Source: Ostreococcus lucimarinus (Eukaryota). Taken from it: a stretch of 64,000 nt of DNA. The stretch lies in NCBI GenBank assembly GCA_000092065.1, contig CP000583.1. The stretch is one strand, 5' to 3'. The notes under the pieces are model-generated. The model saw only the letters and a program-made list of their open reading frames with translations, was not told the DNA's origin and searched no databases. The translations under genes and the position numbers were made by a program. Positions 19,900 through 30,343 of the stretch are shown piece by piece (positions within the stretch are counted from its first letter, which is position 1; every line of letters starts with the position of its first letter).

Positions 19900-22800
19900 A
19901 TGACGCGTGGAGAGCGCCGCGCGCGCGGCAACGCTGGGACAACGGCCGGACGACGCGCGCGCGGTGCTCGAGCGCTGTGCGCGATCGCGCTCGCGCGCGC
20001 GCTCGTGGGTGACGTTTCGCGCTACTTTGTGCTCGCGCAGACGGTCAGCACGGGAGCGCCGCTGGTCGGGGCGACGAACGGCGCCGCGCAGGCGGTGCTG
20101 GACTTCGCGAGCGCGCCGGGCGGACGGTGCTCGCCGAACGACGACTCGAACACGATGGCGTGCGAAAAGCTCGAACCGCCGTCGACGAAGAATTACGCGT
20201 CGTTTGACTTTTATGTGAACGACGTCAACGGCGCGCGGTGCGATAAGTGTGGGAGGGAGTGTAGTTTGGACGGCGCCGCGTGGGCGTATTGCGGCGCGAC
20301 GCCGGTGTGGTACTTTGGGTTGTCGTACGGGCAACACCAGTTCAAGGTGCGAGGACTCGGTGGAGATAACGTCGCGGGGACGGCCGTGGTGTATGACTGG
20401 ATGAATGAAGAACCGTTGAAGGTGGAGTGGGATTCGGGATATTCCACGCCTTCGTCGTACTTGAATTCAAACGCTGTGTTGACGTTTCATTTGGCGTCGT
20501 CGCGGCCGAGCTCAAATTACGTGCAGTTTGAATACAGTACGACGAATGATTACATCAAGACGTTCACGCGATTATCGATTGGGGTGACATCGGTGAGCGT
20601 GACACCGAGTTATGGGTCGAATAGGTTTACATTCAGGGCGATATCCATAGAGTCGTTCACGGGGAAATCGCTCACCGAGTCTTCGGTGAACGAGATTGAG
20701 CTTTTGTACGTCGCCGATAACGTCAACCCCTCGTTGGCCTTCGTGAGTGGACTCGCAAACGGAGGAACGACGCAGAAAGGATCGATGGAGTACGTAATTA
20801 GCGCTTTAGACGTGGACCCAACGAATGGATACGAATCTGGATTGGCAACGCTCGACGTGCAGCTCTTTCGGCTGGATAACGGGGCAACGTCGCCGTCGCC
20901 GTTGCGCGCATGGACGACGTATCACACATTTAGTGGCGCTCCTGTGGACAAAAACGTAACGGTGACTTTAACAAACATCGCGTCGCTGGCGGACACGACG
21001 TATAAATTAGAGATTAGAGCTACAGATCTTGCAGGAAACGTCGCAACAACGATTGGTAGGACTTTCGTCGTGCAGTTGTCAAGCTTGGTGAACGTTCCCG
21101 ATTCGTCTGGTCTGAGTGCGTCGACCACAGAGCGGCTACAGACGACGTCTGGGGCGATTAAACTAGCTTCACAGCCATCAGATGGATCTCTCGTACCCGT
21201 TGCGTACGAGGTGAGCGCAATCGTCGGCGGCACTCTTGTGCTTGAATCAGCGACGAGCGTGGCTTTGGCCAACAACACGCTTGTCACGGCATCAGATGCG
21301 CTCAATGGTTTCAGGTTCACGCCTACGGCTGGATTTTATACGAACGATCAGTACGCGAGTACGTTTGGTTTTGATTTGAAGCCTTCCACGAGCACGTCAG
21401 ACTTGTCTCAAGTCGTCAATTTACCTGCGCATTCCACCATCACCGTCACAGCGACGAATGATCCACCCGTAGTGAGTGTCACAGCGCACTACAAGTTGAC
21501 CCCAATACACGTGTCGGACGGTGCGAACATTGGAACCGTGGTACGTGATATTTTAGATGCTAACGTCATCGATTATGATTACCTCTCGTCGAACAACACT
21601 GTTCCTTACGGCTTCGCCGTTGTGGGCGCCGACGAGACGCGAGGCGCGTGGCAGTTTTCAACGAATGGTGGTTCTTCATGGACAAATTTCAACACTGCTG
21701 GTGCGTTGAGTACGACGAATGCATTAATGCTCACGGCGACGACAAACGACCGAGTGCGATTTGTACCCACGGCAACGACTCTCCAGGATCAGTTCATCGC
21801 TTCCTTTGCGTTTAAAGGTTGGGATGGCACGACGAGCGAAGCGACAGGAGCCACTGGCATTGACATCACAACGAGTGGACATACGGCAACGACTGGATCG
21901 ATTAGCGTTTCAACCGTCACTGCCACCATTCTTGTGCGTGGTCTTTCTCATAGTTTATTCGAGCAAGCTGCACAAACGACAACAGCGAGCTCACGACAAG
22001 CGTACAGCGCAGCACTTTACAGTTGCCCGCCGACGCACCGGCGAAGTATTCGTATCCCCGTCGCTGCAACGTCGAGCACGTCCTCTTCTTGTGCGGGCAC
22101 CACGTCAACCGCTCAGCCTAAGATAAAGGCTTCGTCAGCTCTTACGGTCTCACCTCCTTGGACGATCGAGGCTTGGGTGCGTCGCGATGCTTGGCTCAGC
22201 GAACAGACGTTATTTCAGAATCCAAGCGATTTGAGTGCAGTCATGCTCGAAATGAGCGACGCAAGCGGGAAGGTTGGTGTCGTGCCGCCGTCGGGTGTGA
22301 GCGGTGGTACATTTAACTATGCAGCTCCACTGGGGACTTGGGTGCACTTGGCCTTCGTCATGTACGAGAACAATCATCCTTCCGCTTACAGCGCGCCTGG
22401 GGCGAATTTGCGCCTCATCGTAAACGGCGTCTTTCACAGCGAAATCACAAACGTCGGTTTCGCCATGCCACATGGCATCATCGGTGGTTCTGGTCTCGCT
22501 GGATTCTCGATCGATGAGGTGCGATTTTGGTCCATCGCCCGATCGACGGAAGATATTTACACCAACATGAATCGTTTTGTCGCGGGCACGGAGACTGGGC
22601 TCGTATCGTACGTTCCCTTTGACGCGGGATGCGGTAGCACCGTGGTCGACAGAGACAGCGGAAGCTCGACCACTTGGACGCTCGTATCTCACGAGTGGAT
22701 TGATGCGCGCATATTTTCCTGCGCTTCGTTGACCTCCGTATCGCCTGCAAGCGTGAATTTGTACAACACTTCAAATTTGCAGCTCACTGGCGAGCGCTTT

Positions 22801-25602
22801 ACTCGTCCGGCTTTGGGTTGGGGATCGAGCTCTGTCGCATCATTTGACGGCACCAACGCGGTTTGTATTTTCGGTTCATCGACTATTGGAAATATGACTA
22901 CAGTGGCCACAGTTGTAAACGACGGTTTGGTACAGTGTGCGCCTCCGGACTCGACGAATGGCATCGCTGTGGTAACGCCAGTGTTTTGCGACTATTCTCT
23001 TGGTTGTTGCACGAGTGAGACCCCTATTGATTATTATCTCGCAGCGAGTCGACCTTACGACTCGAATTACGTTTCTTACGGTGTGAACACACCACCGATG
23101 TATGATCAACCGGCGCTCAGGTACAGTGTTGGAGAAATCACATCAGTGATGCCTTCGACGATAGACTGGGCTCTCGGCGCCGTTGTGACTCTGGCTGGTT
23201 ATGGATTTTCGACGCCGATGGATACGAATTTTGGTGCTCAACCCCCAAAGTGCGTGTTTCGAGCTCGACTTCCGTCGAAGACTGCTTGGGCTACCTTTCA
23301 CGTTACAGATGCGGCCGTGCTGTCGGATAGTGTGGCCAAGTGTGAGTATCCTGGTTCTGCTGTGACTGCTTCGCTTGAAGCGCGATATAGCGTCGAGGTA
23401 GCGTTGGCATACTTCTACGACCACGTGGATTCGATCCATCTCATATCAAACGGATGGATCACAGTAGTAGTTTCAAGTTATACTTTGTACACCGGACTCG
23501 ACGAGCCGCTCACGGAGATTTCGGACTTAGGAGGCAGTGTGGTTTCGATCACCGCGATATACACCAAATCTGACACGGCGGGGGAATTTGCAGATCACAC
23601 CTCTGGACGGGTATCGTCTCTGGACGTGGCGTGTGCTTTCGGTACAGTGCACCCCGTTTCAGCTCGTCACAACGCATCTGAGACCTTTGAGTGCGTCGCT
23701 CCAGCGGCACCGAGGGCTGTGCCCACAGATGTCCCGCTTTCAGTGACTTTGTTTGCGTCGTCGATGTTCACTTCGTATTCGCGTCTCGAGCTTCTCACTC
23801 AGACCGGAGACATTTCTTACGTCGCGCAACCGGTGGTTTCAGCAATATGGCCTCTGAAAATCTTTTCAGTGGCGACGAATGCGCCTAATTTTCAGGTCAT
23901 TGGGTCCAACTTCCCGAGTTCGAGCACGACGTGTCAGCTCAACAACAAGTATTACTCGGCGACGTGGTCGAGTGCGAGTCGAGTGCAATGCAACACCGTC
24001 ACGAGCGGTGGAGCATCACCTGGTTTCCAAGCAGTTTACGTGGGTAACAATTTACTCAAGATGGACGAAGCTTTCTCTCCAGGTGACGCTCACGTGATGA
24101 TACGAGATGATGTTTACGTGGGCGCCGTCGTATCCGGCGGAGCGGCAGGACCTCTGTACGGAGGGTGGGCGCTCACCGTCTCGGGATCCGGATTCCTTCC
24201 TGGGGACGGGTGTTCGTTACACGCCTATCCAGGAGAGCTCAATGGAAGTGGTGATGATCCCACAGCTGGAGAGTTTGTAAGCAGCGCTTTGATGAGGTGT
24301 CTCGCTCCGAAAGTGGAAGAAAATTCGGTGAATTGGGATTTAACGTCAGACGGCGGCGGTTGGGCGACGCACCTGGTCGCGCGTCTCGCCATTCAGACGT
24401 TTTCTGATGCACTCGATAATAATGCAGTGGTCATGAAAGTAGTAGACGGTATCAACAACGTTAGTGCGGTGGCAAATTTGTATGCTACCATGACGTCTGC
24501 TGAGCTCATATCTACCGATCCCGTGTACTTGAATGTCGATGGCGGCACCTCCGTCGCCATCATTGCAAAGAATGGAACTGCTTCTCTTTTGAGTACTTCG
24601 TGTCGATTTGGGACTATCCAAGTCTTGGCAGATTGGGGTTGGTCGAACACTTCTTCGACGACGCGAATGCGATGCGTTTCACCCTCTTTCGGCGCGTACA
24701 GCACAAACGGAATTCGACTATCAGTGTCTCAGGGCGACCCTGGACATCACGGTGAAACAGTCGTTTCGGCCGCCTTGACAATGATGAGGCCGTTAGATGA
24801 TCTAACTTCAACGCTCAACAATGGTTTGAACATCGTTGGGCCATTCTCGTCGGTGCCAAGCGCACAGTTGGCGTTGTACGAGTGCTACATAAAGGGCGAC
24901 CGGAACTTCGTGACGGGGTCGTTCGAGTTGGCATCCTCACAGAACGAGGGCAGTTGTTCCCTGAGACAGGCTTCCATGAATCTCGTATCACGTTCAGATT
25001 TCGCGTTTTACACTACCGCGATTGCGATAAGGGGTGGTGAAGATGTTGCGTTACCCATCACGCTTCAATACATCGCGCCGCCGATTGTGTCGTCCGTCAC
25101 GGTGAGCGCCCGCCCGCCGCCTTACGGTTATCGACCGGCGTTTGCTACCAGTAATTGCACGACACTCGAAGATGCACCATTGCTGACGTACGATAACGCT
25201 CACGGTGTGTACGAAGGTCGACCCCAGACACCGTACGAAGTGGAAAAATTTGCCTTGTCCTCTCTGCCAATTTTCGGCGGCGCTTGGTGGCACGTCTCGA
25301 ACGCCATCGGCACGCCCGTGAATGTTTACGGTCGATTCTTTCGATCGCCACAAGACGGAGGAGACATTCGTATCTTATTTCAGCACGCCGGTGAGATCGC
25401 TTCGACCTCTGCGCACTTCGTTTCGTCAGCACTCGTGCGCGTAGAGGTGCCCATCGACGTCGACGCCGAGCACGAAACCGAGGTTCGCGCCTCCGTGGAC
25501 GACGGCGCATCTTGGTCCAGCGAGCGCTTCACGTTCATGATTCCAGAATTAGATTACGTCAACCGTGACTTGCAAACGGTCGAGCAAGGATGTGCGGCGT
25601 AA
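19900..25602 (+). CDS. Giant (1900 aa) single-exon secreted/cell-surface multidomain protein containing a LamG/concanavalin-A-like (pentraxin-like) domain and multiple beta-sandwich (IPT/Ig-like) repeats
   Basis: 5.7 kb uninterrupted ORF. Signal-like N-terminus (ALCAIALARALVG). LamG-like block ...TLFQNPSDLSAVMLEMSDASGKVGVVPP...WVHLAFVMYENNHPSAYSAPGANLRLIVNGVFHSEITNV...GFSIDEVRFWSIARSTEDIY. Many Thr/Ser/Val-rich beta-strand segments. GC visibly lower than neighbouring genes. Confidence 0.75.
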   Translation: MTRGERRARGNAGTTAGRRARGARALCAIALARALVGDVSRYFVLAQTVSTGAPLVGATNGAAQAVLDFASAPGGRCSPNDDSNTMACEKLEPPSTKNYASFDFYVNDVNGARCDKCGRECSLDGAAWAYCGATPVWYFGLSYGQHQFKVRGLGGDNVAGTAVVYDWMNEEPLKVEWDSGYSTPSSYLNSNAVLTFHLASSRPSSNYVQFEYSTTNDYIKTFTRLSIGVTSVSVTPSYGSNRFTFRAISIESFTGKSLTESSVNEIELLYVADNVNPSLAFVSGLANGGTTQKGSMEYVISALDVDPTNGYESGLATLDVQLFRLDNGATSPSPLRAWTTYHTFSGAPVDKNVTVTLTNIASLADTTYKLEIRATDLAGNVATTIGRTFVVQLSSLVNVPDSSGLSASTTERLQTTSGAIKLASQPSDGSLVPVAYEVSAIVGGTLVLESATSVALANNTLVTASDALNGFRFTPTAGFYTNDQYASTFGFDLKPSTSTSDLSQVVNLPAHSTITVTATNDPPVVSVTAHYKLTPIHVSDGANIGTVVRDILDANVIDYDYLSSNNTVPYGFAVVGADETRGAWQFSTNGGSSWTNFNTAGALSTTNALMLTATTNDRVRFVPTATTLQDQFIASFAFKGWDGTTSEATGATGIDITTSGHTATTGSISVSTVTATILVRGLSHSLFEQAAQTTTASSRQAYSAALYSCPPTHRRSIRIPVAATSSTSSSCAGTTSTAQPKIKASSALTVSPPWTIEAWVRRDAWLSEQTLFQNPSDLSAVMLEMSDASGKVGVVPPSGVSGGTFNYAAPLGTWVHLAFVMYENNHPSAYSAPGANLRLIVNGVFHSEITNVGFAMPHGIIGGSGLAGFSIDEVRFWSIARSTEDIYTNMNRFVAGTETGLVSYVPFDAGCGSTVVDRDSGSSTTWTLVSHEWIDARIFSCASLTSVSPASVNLYNTSNLQLTGERFTRPALGWGSSSVASFDGTNAVCIFGSSTIGNMTTVATVVNDGLVQCAPPDSTNGIAVVTPVFCDYSLGCCTSETPIDYYLAASRPYDSNYVSYGVNTPPMYDQPALRYSVGEITSVMPSTIDWALGAVVTLAGYGFSTPMDTNFGAQPPKCVFRARLPSKTAWATFHVTDAAVLSDSVAKCEYPGSAVTASLEARYSVEVALAYFYDHVDSIHLISNGWITVVVSSYTLYTGLDEPLTEISDLGGSVVSITAIYTKSDTAGEFADHTSGRVSSLDVACAFGTVHPVSARHNASETFECVAPAAPRAVPTDVPLSVTLFASSMFTSYSRLELLTQTGDISYVAQPVVSAIWPLKIFSVATNAPNFQVIGSNFPSSSTTCQLNNKYYSATWSSASRVQCNTVTSGGASPGFQAVYVGNNLLKMDEAFSPGDAHVMIRDDVYVGAVVSGGAAGPLYGGWALTVSGSGFLPGDGCSLHAYPGELNGSGDDPTAGEFVSSALMRCLAPKVEENSVNWDLTSDGGGWATHLVARLAIQTFSDALDNNAVVMKVVDGINNVSAVANLYATMTSAELISTDPVYLNVDGGTSVAIIAKNGTASLLSTSCRFGTIQVLADWGWSNTSSTTRMRCVSPSFGAYSTNGIRLSVSQGDPGHHGETVVSAALTMMRPLDDLTSTLNNGLNIVGPFSSVPSAQLALYECYIKGDRNFVTGSFELASSQNEGSCSLRQASMNLVSRSDFAFYTTAIAIRGGEDVALPITLQYIAPPIVSSVTVSARPPPYGYRPAFATSNCTTLEDAPLLTYDNAHGVYEGRPQTPYEVEKFALSSLPIFGGAWWHVSNAIGTPVNVYGRFFRSPQDGGDIRILFQHAGEIASTSAHFVSSALVRVEVPIDVDAEHETEVRASVDDGASWSSERFTFMIPELDYVNRDLQTVEQGCAA

Positions 25603-25893
25603 TGAGCAGTAGAACCCATAGCTTTTAGTAATACTAGCGCGAACTAAGCAAGTTGTGCGAGGGGACTTTGAAGGTGGAGGGGGGCGGATCGGGCGACGAA
25701 GAGAGAAAAGAAACATTATTTACGTGAGTTCCCATAACAAACGGACATGAAGATTATGTTCTAGTGAAAGAGCGTTTTTACTCTCACACCGCCTCACGTA
25801 CCTCTTACACCGGCCCACTCAAGACTCGGGGGAATCGTACTTCAGCGTGGTCAAATTATACGTACACAAAAACCGACCCTTCGCGAAACGCAC

Positions 25894-27158
25894 TTAGAGG
25901 TCTTGGCTCCACGTCATGCGGAGTTGGACGTCGTCCGGGTTCACGCCACCGTCCTTGGAGAACGGCACTCGGAGCTCGTACTTGTCCTTGGTGACGGAAA
26001 GCTTACCGTTCACATCTTGGTCGACTTCAGCCTTGACGCCGACGCCTTCAATGCCAGAGTAGTTGACAGTGGCCTTGTGCGTCGCCTTTTGGGAGTTGAC
26101 GTTGACAACAGACTTGACGCCGAGGTTGACGTCGCCGTTCGTGTAACCCAAGTCGACGGTGGCGTTTTGGCTCGGCACGTCGTATTCGACGGACGCGGTG
26201 ACGTCGTTGACCTTGAGCACGTCGGTCAAGTTGACCTTGACGGAGGCGCGGTCGGCGCCTTGCGTGTCGCCGTCGACCTTGGAGCCGGCTTGCGCGAGCG
26301 TCACGGTGACATCGCCGAGCTTGTCGTGGTTGGTGGAGATTCTCAAAGAACCAGCTTGACCCTATTCATTCAAAAAGTACATCGCGTCGTCGTCAGTCAC
26401 CCAGTCGTCGCGAAATAGAGTCGAGAATTCATCTTCGCGCGCGTTCGCCGCGCCGCTGACTGTGCGCGTGCGCGCGCGCTCGCCCTCGTCGGTACGCACC
26501 GACTTGATGTTTTGGATCCCGAGCGAGACGTCGCAGTCTTGGCCCGCGAGTTCCGCGGACTTGTTCACGGTAACATCGTAATCAGAGATGTTGGACAACC
26601 CAACCAAGGAATCGGCGTCGATGTTGTGCGACACGCCATTCTTGGAAGAAATGCTGCGTGGGGCAAAAAGGGCACGCCAGGGTCAGTCGCTGAATTGCGA
26701 AGGATTTCTTCTTCCCCCTCCGCGCGCGCGCGCGTTCGCGCCACCGCGCGCGACGCGTTCGAAGACGCGTAATCTTTATCATCGCATGCGACATCCCTCG
26801 TCCGCGTTCCACCACCGCGCGACGCGACACGCGCGGCATCGATGGCGCAATTAATCGCTAAACGAGAAAGAATCCTCGCGTCGGCGCCCCCGATCGCGCG
26901 CACCTCGGGCGGTAGTTCGGCTTGGCGTTCAGCGACACCGAACCGGAGCCGTTGCAGATCGGCGCGGAGGCGGAGATTTTAAAAGAATCTTCCGCGCACG
27001 AACCGTTACCGCCGACGACAATCTGCGCGCGCGCGAAACCAGTCGAGACAAAGTCAGTCGCTGACGTGTCGATGCGTCGCGAATCCCTATAATTCCCATC
27101 GCGCGATTCATCGCTCGCGTCGTCGCGTCGCGAGACGTACGCGACCGGACATGGACAT
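25894..27158 (-). CDS. Beta-strand-rich porin-like protein (VDAC/OEP-like candidate), 4 exons on minus strand: 27141..27158, 26904..27022, 26500..26653, 25894..26361
   Basis: Exon 1 is ATG TCC ATG TCC GGT CGC (MSMSGR) in a GCCACCATG Kozak context, ending at a GTACGT donor. Every intron has a GTGCGY donor, an ACTGAC branch site and an AG acceptor, and the frame is preserved throughout. Assembled protein ...IVVGGNGSCAEDSFKISASAPICNGSGSVSLNAKPNYRP-S-ISSKNGVSHNIDADSLVGLSNISDYDVTVNKSAELAGQDCDVSLGIQNIKS-GQAGSLRISTNHDKLGDVTVTLAQAGSKVDGDTQGADRASVKVNLTDVLKVNDVTASVEYDV...KYELRVPFSKDGGVNPDDVQLRMTWSQDL* shows alternating polar/hydrophobic beta-strand character. Confidence 0.55.
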
Positions 27159-27439
27159 GGTGGCTTCGTTCATTTTGTGAGTGAGTGTTTTTGTTTTGCG
27201 TGGGTGCGGTGGCGTGAGTGCGTGTTCGAACCGTGCGGACGAACGACGACGCGTCGATGAGTGCGGGCGCGATCGTCCCCGTCGTCCCCGTCGTTCCCGC
27301 GCGATCGGGATCGATATAAATCGTGTCGGGGGGTCAAATCGCGCATTGTACTTGTTTTTACGCCATGTACGTCGAAAATGATGCCCTCGAAGATTCCCTC
27401 GACGGCCGCGCGCGAAATGCTGACGCGGCATCGCGCGCC

Positions 27440-27520
27440 GTCGCGTATCTGTGATACATGTTTTTTATTTAGATTTAATATTGTTATTATACGTATATTT
27501 GTGCCAGCGCATACCCCCAC
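27440..27520. promoter_or_regulatory. AT-rich island inside the bidirectional intergenic region between the porin-like gene (minus, ATG 27158) and RPL11 (plus, ATG 28004)
   Basis: TGATACATGTTTTTTATTTAGATTTAATATTGTTATTATACGTATATTTGTGCC is the only strongly AT-rich block in a region that is otherwise above 70% GC. It lies near GATCGATATAAATCG (27305) and a GTCCGAATGTCCGAATGTCCG direct repeat (27590). Confidence 0.4.
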
Positions 27521-28003
27521 CCCGTCGTCCTCGCGAAAAAGCGTGGGGGGGTGGAAAAAGGCGCGCGCGGTCGGTCGGCGTCCGAATGTCCGAATGTCCG
27601 CCGAGCCGTCCGTGTGTGCGTCGCGTCTCGCGTTCGCGCGACGCGACGCCCGCGGCGCGCGACCGCGCGCGTCGGTCTTTTGTCGTCGCGCGACCGCACG
27701 AGTCATCATGGTGCGTTCGCGGCGAAGCGCGCGATCGATCGCGCGCGATGGCGCGGACGCGCGACCGCGCGCGCGACCGCGCGGCGTCGGTCGCGGCGCG
27801 GCGTCGCGCGGAAGCGCGGAAGCGCGATGATGGAATAGGGTTTTCGTGCGCGCGGTGGCCGACGACGACGACGACGACGACGGCGCCGGCGACGCGCGCG
27901 AGCGGTCGGCGATGGACGATACGGACGGTGGTGGATGTTCGCGTCGCGCATCGCGCGTCGATGGGGCGCGAACGGCGATGGAGGTGATGGAATCGAAGGA
28001 TGA

Positions 28004-28567
28004 ATGACTGACGACGGATCGATCTTCGCGGTGCAGGCTGAGAAGACTGAGAACCCCATGCGGGCCATTCGCATTCACAAGCTCGTGATCAACATTTGCG
28101 TTGGGGAGAGCGGTGATCGTCTCACGAAGGCGGCGAAGGTGTTGGAATCGATCACTTCTCAACAACCGATCTTCTCCAAGGCGCGATACACCGTGCGTAC
28201 GTTCGGTATTCGACGTAACGAAAAAATTTCCTGCCACGTCGCCGTCGGTAACCGCGACAGGGCCATGACGATTTTGGAGAACGCGCTCAAGGTGAAGGAA
28301 TTCGAGTTGCTCAAGAAGAACTTTAGTGCCACGGGTAACTTTGGCTTCGGTATCTCCGAGCACATTGATCTCGGTATCAAGTACGACCCGTCCACGGGTA
28401 TTTACGGGATGGATTTCTACGTGGTGTTGGAGCGTCCGGGCTACCGCGTCGCCCGTCGCCGTAAGCAGCAAAAGAAGATCGGCAAGCAGCACAAGCTCAC
28501 CAAGAAGGATGCGATGTTGTGGTTCCAACAAACCTTCGAAGGCGTCATTTTGAACAAGGCGTACTAA
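28004..28567 (+). CDS. RPL11: 60S ribosomal protein L11 (uL5), single exon
   Basis: [153 protein letters not shown]... is near-identical to eukaryotic RPL11. Confidence 0.95.
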   Translation: MTDDGSIFAVQAEKTENPMRAIRIHKLVINICVGESGDRLTKAAKVLESITSQQPIFSKARYTVRTFGIRRNEKISCHVAVGNRDRAMTILENALKVKEFELLKKNFSATGNFGFGISEHIDLGIKYDPSTGIYGMDFYVVLERPGYRVARRRKQQKKIGKQHKLTKKDAMLWFQQTFEGVILNKAY

Positions 28568-29010
28568 GCGATTGCAGACGCTTCCCGTAGCTGTAGCCCC
28601 AGTTCCCGCGACGCGCGCGCTTTGTAACGCCACGTCACGTTCGTTCTAAAACCCTCTCACCGCATCGAGCGCGCGCGAATCACGACCCGTTCCGTCTCGC
28701 GCCGCGGATCCCCGCGCCGACGCCGCGCGCCGCGGCGGACCCGAGCCTCGCGTTCGCCCCGCGTCCCGGTCTCAGACACCCGGAAAACGCCCGACCCCAT
28801 CTTGCGCGCGCGCCCGCCGCCATCCGCCGCCGCACCGCGCGTCGTCGTCCGCGCGCGAATCAGCGCCGACGAAGGGAGGGTTTAATCGCTCGCGCCCGCG
28901 CCCGCCGTCGTCGAGCGCTCCGCGCTCTCCTCGCGCTCGAACGCGCGCGCGCGCGCTCGAGGGGGCGTCGACGTCGTTTTATCGCCGGCTCGACCGCGAC
29001 GAGGATAAAC

Positions 29011-30231
29011 ATGGCGACGGAGGCCACGGTCGAGGTCGACGCCGCGATCGCGCGCGATAAAGCGGTGAAGGACGCTTCGTTGGAGGCGTGCGAGAAGAAA
29101 TGGGGCGAGACGGCGTCGATCTTCGAGTACGGGAGCGCGGCGAATCCGGACATGAGGCCCATCCCGGTGCTCGTGCACCCGCCGGATTTGCACGAGCGCG
29201 GAGAGACGCGAGTGATCCCGTTTGATATCAATGATTTCTTGGAGATTGAGGAATCGTGTACGTCGCCGAATCTCATGGCGTCGTTCGTGAGGATCGTGAA
29301 GGGGGAGGCGATCGAGACGAGCGCGAACGCGACGAGTCAGGCGTTTTACGTGATTCGAGGGAACGGAACGAGCGAGGGCGAACACGGTAAGATTTCGTGG
29401 AGCACCGGGGATTTGTTCGTCGTGCCGGTGACGAGGGGGAAGATTCACCACGTGTGTGTCGATGCGGAGTCCATGGGTGGGGCCGCGCTGTACTGGGTGC
29501 ACGATGAACCCCTGATGAGCTACCTGGGCGTGAATCCGTCGAGCGAGAAGAAGTTTGAACCGACGCTGTATCGCCGTGAGGAGATGCTCGCGCGCGTCGA
29601 AGAAATCAAGCACGCGAGCGACCGCAGCAACAACCGGTGCGGTGTGTTACTCGGCAATACCGCGTGCTCGCAGACAAAGACGCTCACGCACGTTTTGTGG
29701 TCTCTGTTGAACTCGATTCCGGCGCAAAGCGTACAACGTCCGCACAGACACAACTCCATCGCCCTCGATCTCGCGGTCGCGGCGAAGCCGGGAGTGTACA
29801 CGCTCATGGGCAAGGAGATCGATCGCAACGGATTCATCATCGATCCCATTCGTTGCGACTGGGTCCCGGGCGGCGTCTTCATCACGCCCCCTGGGTGGTG
29901 GCACTCGCATCACAACGAGAGCGACGACGTCGCCTGGGTGTTGCCCATGCAAGACGCTGGTCTGTACACCCATCAGCGCACCTTAGACATTCGATTTGTC
30001 GATGACGAAATCGCTCTTCATGCTGAGGGTAAAATTCGAGGCAGCGCCTTCGCTGTGACGAACAAGCAGTACTTGCAACTCGCCCAAGTTGGCGGCTCGG
30101 TGCCGACGCCCAAGGGTGAGGCGGCCATGAAGCGCGTGCTCAGTGTCGAGTGCATGAGCATGCATGGCGACACGAAGCGCGCGCGAGCGACACAAATCGG
30201 CTCCGCCATCACGTCCCCGACCAAGGAATAA
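29011..30231 (+). CDS. Bicupin dioxygenase-like protein (gentisate 1,2-dioxygenase-like cupin family)
   Basis: 406-aa ATG ORF with two cupin-like halves and His-rich metal-site context (QRPHRHNSIALDLAVAAKPGVYTLMGKE...GVFITPPGWWHSHHNESDDVAWVLPMQDAGLYTHQ). Confidence 0.7.
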   Translation: MATEATVEVDAAIARDKAVKDASLEACEKKWGETASIFEYGSAANPDMRPIPVLVHPPDLHERGETRVIPFDINDFLEIEESCTSPNLMASFVRIVKGEAIETSANATSQAFYVIRGNGTSEGEHGKISWSTGDLFVVPVTRGKIHHVCVDAESMGGAALYWVHDEPLMSYLGVNPSSEKKFEPTLYRREEMLARVEEIKHASDRSNNRCGVLLGNTACSQTKTLTHVLWSLLNSIPAQSVQRPHRHNSIALDLAVAAKPGVYTLMGKEIDRNGFIIDPIRCDWVPGGVFITPPGWWHSHHNESDDVAWVLPMQDAGLYTHQRTLDIRFVDDEIALHAEGKIRGSAFAVTNKQYLQLAQVGGSVPTPKGEAAMKRVLSVECMSMHGDTKRARATQIGSAITSPTKE

Positions 30232-30343
30232 ATTATGGACGACGACGACGACTTTGATCACCGAACGAAGCCGTCGATATAGCAAGATTCTCTAATCCTA
30301 TAATGAAACCATCTAGTCTGTAACTAACTACTCCTTCTCTCTA

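Noticed and set aside
27170-28633. 487-aa minus-strand ORF.
   Set aside because: It is antisense to RPL11 and the intergenic CG-rich spacer, and is Arg/Asp-rich with no recognisable domain.
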